The notes under the pieces: model-generated | The model's database searches: none | What the model was told of the DNA's origin: nothing | Seen by the model: only the letters and a program-made list of their open reading frames with translations | Shown here: positions 56,839 to 64,000 of the stretch, one piece after another | Position numbering within the stretch: position 1 is the first letter of the stretch | How the letters are laid out: each line of letters opens with the position of its first letter | From: Alphaproteobacteria bacterium | Lineage (GTDB): Bacteria; Pseudomonadota; Alphaproteobacteria; RF32; CAG-239 | Assembly (NCBI GenBank): GCA_017546315.1 | Contig: JAFYXH010000003.1 | Span: forward strand, 1,536 to 65,535 | Reading direction: 5' to 3' | Length of the DNA stretch: 64,000 nt | Position numbers and translations under genes: made by a program

Positions 56839-57270
56839 ATGTTAAAATTTATTCTCCATTTTTTCCCAATTTTACTACAAATTAAAGAAATAAAATATTT
56901 TATTACACCATCTATGGAAATCCCTAAAAGTGGAATATGCTACACATTAGGAGGATTTTTCCATAAAATATACAAAAATAAAAGAGCTTTCCGAAAGACT
57001 ACCCCCAACACCAATCTTATCATAATCCTTCCAAATCACATAAATCTAAAACAAGATGACTTGCCAAATAAAGTAGCGCACATCTTTTTAGGGGCATATC
57101 AAGAAGATAACAATATTTACAATAAATCATCTCAAACCATAGAGTTAGAGGACAAACTTGATTCAAAATCTTTAAATTTTATCAACCAAATTATACAAAA
57201 AAATAATCTCCAAACCTTAATCTTAAAAGAACTTAAAACAAATAAAATCTACCAAATAAAAAGGCGGTAA
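56839..57270 (+). CDS. Hypothetical protein (143 aa)
   Basis: RBS-like AAAGGAAA. The stop codon is embedded in a terminator hairpin. Confidence 0.4.
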   Translation: MLKFILHFFPILLQIKEIKYFITPSMEIPKSGICYTLGGFFHKIYKNKRAFRKTTPNTNLIIILPNHINLKQDDLPNKVAHIFLGAYQEDNNIYNKSSQTIELEDKLDSKSLNFINQIIQKNNLQTLILKELKTNKIYQIKRR

Positions 57271-57282
57271 AAACTACCGCCT
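57263..57282. terminator. Bidirectional terminator hairpin
   Basis: GGCGGTA-AAAAAC-TACCGCC between convergent genes. Confidence 0.6.
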
Positions 57283-57303
57283 CAAAAGGAAAAAAAGAAA
57301 ATA

Positions 57304-57918
57304 TTATTCAATACAACAGTCAACCGCTTTTTTAACAAAAGCTTTCATCTTTTCCATAGCAGTCTTAGGTTCTTCAACAACAACCTCTTGCATGGCTTCT
57401 TCTTTTGCTACTGTTTCTTTTGTTTCTAGATTCAATTTTTCAGTAATTCTCTTAACATCCTCAACGCTATCTTCAATCCATTTCATTTCGCTAACGTTAA
57501 GCATATTCATATTCAAACCCCAAAATAGGCAATATAAATCATAAGCTTTATTGAACAAATCATAAGCTTCATCTTTATTACCCAAACTTTGTTGTTTTGT
57601 TCCAACTTCAATCAAGCGCATAGAAGATGCAAGTAAATGCTTAGAAATGCACCAAACTTCTCCCTCATAAGATGGGATGATTTTTAGCATTAACTTCTTT
57701 CTTGTTTCTCTAACATCTTCAATTAAATCATAAAAAGAGCTTTTTGCTGTTTTGGCACCCGAAAATACTAAGTGCTCTTCAATAGAAATCAAGTTCATAA
57801 TAGCAATAGTCAAATCCTGATCAGAAGATAAATCCTTTGGATTAACCTTCTTAGAAGCATCAATTCTTTCAACAAATTCTTTAACATTTTCAGCTTTTTT
57901 CATCATAAAACTCCTCAA
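57304..57918 (-). CDS. Hypothetical soluble helical protein (204 aa), operon partner of the upstream membrane protein
   Basis: The start lies 2 nt after the stop of 57921..58460. The C-terminus is DCCIE. Confidence 0.45.
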   Translation of the reverse strand: MRSFMMKKAENVKEFVERIDASKKVNPKDLSSDQDLTIAIMNLISIEEHLVFSGAKTAKSSFYDLIEDVRETRKKLMLKIIPSYEGEVWCISKHLLASSMRLIEVGTKQQSLGNKDEAYDLFNKAYDLYCLFWGLNMNMLNVSEMKWIEDSVEDVKRITEKLNLETKETVAKEEAMQEVVVEEPKTAMEKMKAFVKKAVDCCIE

Positions 57919-57920
57919 AA

Positions 57921-58460
57921 TTATAAACTACTCAAATCAGGCAAATAAGGCTCACAAAGAGCAATATAAGAAAACAACTTAGCAATCAAGCACAAACTAA
58001 CAACCGGCACAACAACCTTTTCAAAAGGAAAATGAGCATGTCCACCATTTTTTTTCTTCATCCATTGATAAAATTCTGAAGAATAGTGCAAAACAAGTGC
58101 TCCAACAATTGTTGCAAATAAGAATGGATCTATCCAAAAAATAAGTATAGCTTTAGGCTGATAGCTGAGCTCAGGCAAGGCATAAACAAATAAAATCATC
58201 AAAACAGATGAAGATAGCACAATAAAATCTCTTCCTTTAAAGTTCCAACCTTTTTTATCCATCCATTTTAATGTCCAATATCCTAAAAGAGCTAAAAAAG
58301 CACCACTCCAAACAGCAACAACACTGTCATCAACACCCATCTTGCGAGCAATCCCTAAAGACGCTCCCACAGCAACAGTGCACACCGCACAAGCAGGGTT
58401 AGCCAAAGCATTATTGATGCCGAAAACTAAAGCAAACATTGCCATAAGCAAAGATTTCAT
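57921..58460 (-). CDS. Hypothetical membrane protein with an NPACAVC motif
   Basis: It has a signal-like N-terminus and 4-5 TM segments. GGAG lies 11 nt upstream of ATG 58460. Confidence 0.45.
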   Translation of the reverse strand: MKSLLMAMFALVFGINNALANPACAVCTVAVGASLGIARKMGVDDSVVAVWSGAFLALLGYWTLKWMDKKGWNFKGRDFIVLSSSVLMILFVYALPELSYQPKAILIFWIDPFLFATIVGALVLHYSSEFYQWMKKKNGGHAHFPFEKVVVPVVSLCLIAKLFSYIALCEPYLPDLSSL

Positions 58461-58554
58461 TATAATATACTCCATTATTTATATCAAAAACTACACAAAA
58501 ATATCAAATATATATAAACTAAAGTCAAATATTATTTAAGACTTATAAACGTTT

Positions 58555-60033
58555 CTAATAGTTCAAACCTCTAGTTTTTTTTGCCAATATTTGCCAAAAA
58601 ATATCTGTTTTATAAGTTTGAGCAGTAAATTGATGATTTGCACCCCACAAAAATACCGGCATAATAACAACTCGTTTATTTAATGTGTAAATATCATCAG
58701 TAACAAGATTTATTTTCTTTGCTTGAGTTGTATAGAAAATCCCTCTATAAAATTCTGTCAAAGGTGTGAAACTGCCAATAACCATAAATCCTATTAAAAT
58801 AAACTTATAAATGTCTTGTTTTTCATCAATCAAAGTCTTAATAGCATAAACCGTTATAATAATCATAACAGGAATTGAAGCTCTCATACAAAAGTTATTT
58901 TGTTGGTCAACCCTTAAAAAAGGTATCAAAAACAATAAAACTATACTCAAATTAAAGAACAAATCCTTCTTAAAGCGAGAATACATTACCAAAATATAAA
59001 GTAAAAACTCTAATATATAAAACAATATAAGTCTAAAAGGTGTTGTGAAGCTAAAAATATAGTAATAGCCATATATCCCTTCGCTATTTGTAATAAAATA
59101 AAGAATAATCAAAGGTAATAGCCAAAATGCGCCAATTATATTGCTAATAGAGAAAATATTTTCAAATACAAAATCCTTTTTATTTTTACACTCAATTATT
59201 TTTGAAACAGTATATACAATCATAAACAGACCAATAGAAGCAGTAGGATAGGGGGAAAAAAATAAAGACAAAGCAATTAAAAACCCAAAGGTCTTAATAT
59301 TCCTCTCATTATAAACTAACAAAATTAACAACCCCACAGGTATAAATTGGTTAAACACCCAAAATAAAGAAGTGGTATGAGATGAATACTGAAGAACACC
59401 AGACCACCATTCTAAATGATGTTCAAAAGGAGGGATGATTGTTGAGAAAAAATTAAATCCAATGATATCAAGCCCCGAAAAGAATATAAAACCGATAACC
59501 GCAACCAAAGTATGTTTGAAAATTTTAGCTCCACAGCCTTTTATGATATGCAAAAACAAAAGAACTACCCCAAATACGGCATATAGATATAGAAAAGCAT
59601 TTGCAAACATAAAAGAAAAACTTTTACTCAATCCCAAAGCAATAGCTAACTTCCCAAACAACGCAGGAACTAACCAAAATCCCATATAATAAACGAGCGG
59701 TGTATTGGCTTTATCATAAAACACAGGCCATTCATAGTTAATTAAATCACGAAAAACCGCATTTCTAAAATGGTAATCAAATGATTGATAATAAAAATAA
59801 CCGATTCCAGCACAAAAGCACCAAATCAAACCCACAACAATTATGAATATCCACTGTTTTTTATCAATTACCAAATATTCATCATTATTTTGAGGAAACC
59901 CCTTATAAAACGCCAAGCCAAACAATAAACTAACGATAAAGCTAATCTTAAAATCAAGCCAAGTAGCAAAAAATATAAATAAAGGTAATGCTAAATAAAT
60001 ATAAGATAACCTATAAAGAGTTGATGTTTTCAT
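58555..60033 (-). CDS. Large polytopic membrane protein (492 aa), possible GT-C-like or polymerase-like enzyme
   Basis: About 13 TM segments. The loop is QSFDYHFRNAVFRDLINYEWPVFYD. Confidence 0.4.
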   Translation of the reverse strand: MKTSTLYRLSYIYLALPLFIFFATWLDFKISFIVSLLFGLAFYKGFPQNNDEYLVIDKKQWIFIIVVGLIWCFCAGIGYFYYQSFDYHFRNAVFRDLINYEWPVFYDKANTPLVYYMGFWLVPALFGKLAIALGLSKSFSFMFANAFLYLYAVFGVVLLFLHIIKGCGAKIFKHTLVAVIGFIFFSGLDIIGFNFFSTIIPPFEHHLEWWSGVLQYSSHTTSLFWVFNQFIPVGLLILLVYNERNIKTFGFLIALSLFFSPYPTASIGLFMIVYTVSKIIECKNKKDFVFENIFSISNIIGAFWLLPLIILYFITNSEGIYGYYYIFSFTTPFRLILFYILEFLLYILVMYSRFKKDLFFNLSIVLLFLIPFLRVDQQNNFCMRASIPVMIIITVYAIKTLIDEKQDIYKFILIGFMVIGSFTPLTEFYRGIFYTTQAKKINLVTDDIYTLNKRVVIMPVFLWGANHQFTAQTYKTDIFWQILAKKTRGLNY

Positions 60034-60054
60034 TAAAATATCCTCAAAACATTC

Positions 60055-60077
60055 AAAAAGGGGGATAAATCCCCCTT
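60055..60077 (-). terminator. Rho-independent terminator after the TerC-family gene
   Basis: AAGGGGGAT-AA-ATCCCCCTT. Confidence 0.6.
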
Positions 60078-60090
60078 AAATAAATCATTA

Positions 60091-61074
60091 TTATGCAAGT
60101 TCTTTCTTTTCTTTGGCTAAAGATAAAAAGATACTACCAAATAATAAACCAAATGTAACCGTTAAAGAATGCCAAGATTCTAGATGAATACCAAACACAG
60201 GCAATAAAATCTTAACTCCAATAAAGATAAGAACAATAGCTAATGCAGATTTTAGATATTGAAATCTATGAACAGCAGCCTCAAGCAAGAAATAAAGAGC
60301 TCTTAAACCTAAGATGGCAAAGATATTACTTGTATAAACAATGAATACATCTTGAGTGATACCAAAAATAGCAGGAATACTATCAATAGCAAACACCACA
60401 TCCATCAATTCAATAATGATAAGAGCAAACAATAAAGGGGTGATATATTTTTTACCATTTTTAATAGAGATAAAATGAGCTCCATCAATTTCATGAGTTA
60501 CTGGTAAATATTTCTCAACAGTTTTATAAATTTTGCTATTTTTAATGTTTTCCTCACTGTTTTTTTCTTCTTCACCATGTGCCATCATTTTAGCCCCAGT
60601 ATAGATTAAAAATACAGAGAAGATGTATAAAACCCAATGGAACTCACTAATGATTGCTGCACCAACGCTAATCATTAAAGCTCTCATAACAACAGCACCC
60701 AAAATACCCCAGAAAAGTACTCTATGTTGATAAATCCTTGGAACGCCAACAGAACTAAATATAATAGACATAACAAAAATATTATCCATAGATAAACTTT
60801 TCTCGATTAAAAAGCCTGTATAGTAATCCATCGCAGCATCGCCACCTTTTTCATACCAAACAAAAAGACCAAACAAAAGTCCAGCACCAATATATGCAAT
60901 ACAAACCCACAATGTGTGAGCAAAACTAGGGATTTCGTTCTTTCTATTAAAGCAAAATAGGTCTAACGCCAATAAAACGATAACTGCAATTCCAAAAAAC
61001 ACCCACATCAATTCCTGAGATATAACCTCATGATGGGTAAACATATCTTGTAATTTTTCTAACATATCAATCAT
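60091..61074 (-). CDS. TerC/Alx-family integral membrane protein
   Basis: The family motif is EKSLSMDNIFV, with a second-half repeat VFAIDSIPAIFG. Confidence 0.88.
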   Translation of the reverse strand: MIDMLEKLQDMFTHHEVISQELMWVFFGIAVIVLLALDLFCFNRKNEIPSFAHTLWVCIAYIGAGLLFGLFVWYEKGGDAAMDYYTGFLIEKSLSMDNIFVMSIIFSSVGVPRIYQHRVLFWGILGAVVMRALMISVGAAIISEFHWVLYIFSVFLIYTGAKMMAHGEEEKNSEENIKNSKIYKTVEKYLPVTHEIDGAHFISIKNGKKYITPLLFALIIIELMDVVFAIDSIPAIFGITQDVFIVYTSNIFAILGLRALYFLLEAAVHRFQYLKSALAIVLIFIGVKILLPVFGIHLESWHSLTVTFGLLFGSIFLSLAKEKKELA

Positions 61075-61089
61075 AAATCCTTAAAAAAC

Positions 61090-62058
61090 TTATATTTCTA
61101 GATTCCAAACAGTGCTAATTATTTCGCTAACATCTGTATATTCTGGCTTCCAACCCAAAATTTCTTTAGCTTTTGTTGCATCAGCAGTAAGCTTAGCAGG
61201 ATCGCCAGGTCTCCTTTCAGCATAAGAGTAATTGAGTTTCTTGCCAATAACTTTTTCAGTTGCATCCACAATCTCTTTAACGCTAGTCCCAACACCTGTA
61301 CCAAGGTTAATAGCATAAGAGTTGTTATTTTGAAATAAATTTTTTAAAGCCAAAGAATGAGCTTTAGCTAAATCAGAAACATGAATATAATCTCTAACGC
61401 AAGTTCCATCCTCTGTATCATAATCATTTCCAAAAATAGAAAATCCCTCACGTTTCTCAGTTGCTGCTTCCATGATAATAGGCATAAGGTTTTGAGGATT
61501 TCTCTCTTTTCCTCTAATGCACCCATCTTTATGGTACCCAACGGCGTTAAAATATCTTAAAGAAATATATTTAATTTTGCCAAGTTTGTCAAACCACTCC
61601 ATGTTTTCTTCGATAGCACGTTTTGTATAACCATAATAGTTAATAGGTCTAATAGGGTGCTTTTCATCAATAGGAGTATATAAAGGCATCCCATAGACAG
61701 CAGCAGAAGAAGAAAATACAATATACTTAATATTGTTGTTAGCCATAGCATTCAAGATGTTTATAGCCCCAATGATATTGTTTTTAGCATAAACTTCAGG
61801 ATGTATCATAGATTCTCCAACAGCTTTCTTTGCCGCCAAATGCACAACACCATCAAAACCTTGCTTCATAACATCATTTAATAATGCCTCATCTAAAATA
61901 TTTCCTTTAATAAAAGTAGCTCCATCAAGAACATTAACGATATCACCGCTAGATAAATCATCAAAAACAACGACCTCAAATCCTTCATCCAAAAGTTGCT
62001 TTTGCACGTGGCTACCAATATAACCTGCGCCACCAATAACTAAAATTTTTTTATTCAT
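61090..62058 (-). CDS. galE: UDP-glucose 4-epimerase
   Basis: The Rossmann motif is VIGGAGYIGSH, with SSSAAVYG and YGYTK. The start was moved to ATG 62058 (RBS GGAG). Confidence 0.92.
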   Translation of the reverse strand: MNKKILVIGGAGYIGSHVQKQLLDEGFEVVVFDDLSSGDIVNVLDGATFIKGNILDEALLNDVMKQGFDGVVHLAAKKAVGESMIHPEVYAKNNIIGAINILNAMANNNIKYIVFSSSAAVYGMPLYTPIDEKHPIRPINYYGYTKRAIEENMEWFDKLGKIKYISLRYFNAVGYHKDGCIRGKERNPQNLMPIIMEAATEKREGFSIFGNDYDTEDGTCVRDYIHVSDLAKAHSLALKNLFQNNNSYAINLGTGVGTSVKEIVDATEKVIGKKLNYSYAERRPGDPAKLTADATKAKEILGWKPEYTDVSEIISTVWNLEI

Positions 62059-62225
62059 ACTAAATCTCCGAAATTTATATATGGAAGTCTCTACCTCAAA
62101 CTTTATCAAATTAAAACCACTTAGCATCTTTATCCACATAATCCACAATAATAAACTTATTTTGATGACTTTAATCATAATTAAGCAGTATGAAAGGACA
62201 TCAATATATAAAAAGGATTCTTAAA

Positions 62226-63698
62226 ATGGACGAACTAGACATCACACGCTTACCACGTAGCACCGAAGCAGAACAAGCACTCATTGGAGCATTATTGGCT
62301 AATAATAAAGCCTATGAAAAGGTTTCAGAATTTTTACGTGCTAATCATTTTTCAGACCCAATTCATTCCAAGGTGTTTGATGTTATGGCTCGCCTAATCC
62401 AAAAAGGTCATGTGGCAGACGTAATAACTCTAAAAAATTTTTTTGAACAAGAGGGAACATTAAATGAAGTGGGTGGAATCCCATACCTCATTAAATTGTC
62501 AGAGGCTTCATCACCATTAACAAATGTAGAATATTATGCTCAATTCGTTTATGATAAGTTTTTAAGAAGAGAGTTAATCTCAACCGGATATGATATTGCA
62601 AGTGAAGCAATGAATGAAAAAATAGATGAAACAACTGCGCTACAAATAGAAAAAGCAGAAAAGCGCCTTTTTGAATTGGCAATGCACGGAGATGGTCAAA
62701 AAGGTTTTCAAGATTTTGGTACTTCATTAAATCAAGCTCTTGAGTTAATTGAGAAAGCATACCAAAAAGAAGGTAAGGTGTCAGGTCTTTCAACTGGTCT
62801 TGCGGATTTAGATAAGAAAATGGGGGGGTTAAACGATTCTGACCTTATTATTCTTGCAGGACGTCCTGCGATGGGTAAATCAGCGTTAGCCATGAATATA
62901 GCTTATAACGTTGCAGAAACAATGATGAATAGCGAAACAATGGATCCACATTCCAAAGGGGTAGCCATCTTTTCACTTGAAATGTCAGCCGATCAGTTGG
63001 CATCCCGAATATTGGCAAGTATCACCGATACTTCAGGTCATAAACTTCGTAATGGTGATATGGAGCTAGCGGAATTTAATCGAGTTGTAGCGGCAGTTCG
63101 TTCATATCAAAAGCTCCCACTTTATATTGACGATACACCAGGTATTACCATTAACACCATCAGAACTCGTGCAAGACGTTTAAAAAGAACACATGGATTA
63201 GGATTAATAGTTATCGACTATATCCAACTAATTAGTGGTTCAGAAGGTAAGAAAGGTGAGGGCAACCGTGTACAAGAAGTTTCTGAAATTTCTCGTGGTC
63301 TAAAAATCTTAGCAAAAGAGTTAAAAGTTCCAGTAATAGCCTTGTCCCAATTAAACCGAGGCTTGGAGCAACGTGATGATAAGCGCCCACTCATGTCAGA
63401 CTTGCGTGAATCAGGATCAATCGAGCAAGATGCTGATATTGTTATGTTTGTGTTCCGTGAAAACTATTATATTCATAATGCTGAACCAAAGAGAAATACC
63501 GGTGAAAGTGAGGAAAACTTCCAAAAAAGAACCGAAGAGTGGCAAATAAGGGATAGAGAAACCGCAAACCTTGGCGAGGTGATTTTAGGAAAACACCGTC
63601 ACGGCTCAACCGGAACTGTAAAACTCTTCTGGAATGGTGAATATGCACGCTTTAGTAATTTAACACGAGATGAATATCTCCCAGAACAAAGAGGTTAA
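62226..63698 (+). CDS. dnaB: Replicative DNA helicase DnaB
   Basis: N-terminus LPRSTEAEQALIGALL, Walker A GRPAMGKSA, IVIDYIQL, and SQLNRGLEQRDDKRP. Confidence 0.95.
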   Translation: MDELDITRLPRSTEAEQALIGALLANNKAYEKVSEFLRANHFSDPIHSKVFDVMARLIQKGHVADVITLKNFFEQEGTLNEVGGIPYLIKLSEASSPLTNVEYYAQFVYDKFLRRELISTGYDIASEAMNEKIDETTALQIEKAEKRLFELAMHGDGQKGFQDFGTSLNQALELIEKAYQKEGKVSGLSTGLADLDKKMGGLNDSDLIILAGRPAMGKSALAMNIAYNVAETMMNSETMDPHSKGVAIFSLEMSADQLASRILASITDTSGHKLRNGDMELAEFNRVVAAVRSYQKLPLYIDDTPGITINTIRTRARRLKRTHGLGLIVIDYIQLISGSEGKKGEGNRVQEVSEISRGLKILAKELKVPVIALSQLNRGLEQRDDKRPLMSDLRESGSIEQDADIVMFVFRENYYIHNAEPKRNTGESEENFQKRTEEWQIRDRETANLGEVILGKHRHGSTGTVKLFWNGEYARFSNLTRDEYLPEQRG

Positions 63699-63700
63699 AA

Positions 63701-64000
63701 GTGAAACAATATACTAAAGAACAGTGGGAAGCAATTTGCAGAAGATGTGGTAAGTGTTGCCTAATAAAACTACAAGATGATGAAACAGAAGAAATATACT
63801 ACACTAATGTGGTATGTAAGTATTTTGATGAAGAAACAATGAGTTGTAGTGTGTATAATGAAAGAACAACTCTTGTGCCCGAGTGCTTAAAATTATCACC
63901 TAATAATGTAGATAAACTTTGCTGGATGCCCAAAACTTGCGCATATCGTGAATTGTTTGAAGAAAATCCATCTCCCATAAAAACAACTATAAAGGGAAGA
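63701..64000 (+). CDS. ycgN: UPF0260/YcgN family Cys-cluster protein (5' part, runs off the window end)
   Basis: Manual translation from GTG 63701 gives VKQYTKEQWEAICRRCGKCCLIKLQDDETEEIYYTNVVCKYFDEETMSCSVYNERTTLVPECLKLSPNNVDKLCWMPKTCAYRELFE. This matches the YcgN pattern. It is not in the ORF track because no stop occurs in the window. Confidence 0.7.
   Translation, partial: MKQYTKEQWEAICRRCGKCCLIKLQDDETEEIYYTNVVCKYFDEETMSCSVYNERTTLVPECLKLSPNNVDKLCWMPKTCAYRELFEENPSPIKTTIKGR

Overview
This is a visibly AT-rich bacterial chromosome segment. The housekeeping synteny is typical of Alphaproteobacteria: yceD-rpmF-plsX-fabH-ihfA-merR-slyX, lepB, clpB, cca, rpsD, lolC-lolD, a 4-gene MlaE/MlaF/MCE/PqiC-like transporter, galE, dnaB and ycgN. 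Most housekeeping genes have GGAG-type ribosome-binding sites. There are three tRNA genes, all on the minus strand: Gln-UUG, Lys-CUU and Ala-GGC. The rest is accessory or orphan content, and the main observations are these. (1) A ~7 kb integrative island (208-7232) sits in the 3' end of tRNA-Gln and is bounded by a 17-bp direct repeat. It carries a tRNA-proximal tyrosine integrase and a three-gene operon of restriction enzyme, M.HaeIII-like C5 methyltransferase and an ASCH-domain protein. It also carries a 135-aa protein with Rep-type HUH motifs preceded by a nested hairpin, and a catalytic-domain-only tyrosine recombinase behind a consensus promoter embedded in a 12-bp perfect palindrome. (2) Two loci show cargo-less tandem repeats that overlap the 3' end of a conserved gene. 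One is 2.3 copies of a ~243-bp structured unit, each ending in the last 16 nt of tRNA-Lys. The other is two decaying copies of the rpsD 3' end plus its terminator. (3) Several lineage-specific paralog families are present. These are two tandem membrane-anchored proteins with a Cys...His papain-like signature plus a coupled coiled-coil gene, a tandem family of small signal-peptide proteins next to tRNA-Ala, and four beta-rich repeat proteins flanking rpsD/lolCD. Most orphan genes lack Shine-Dalgarno sequences, and some share an ATGTTTAAT motif just upstream of the start. (4) Other items are a eukaryote-type phosphomannomutase, three large polytopic (GT-C-like) membrane proteins, a DUF2779-type nuclease, a 1112-aa MORN-repeat secreted protein and a HExxH protein. 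All functional calls rest on motif recognition by eye and on recalled family signatures. No database search was run.
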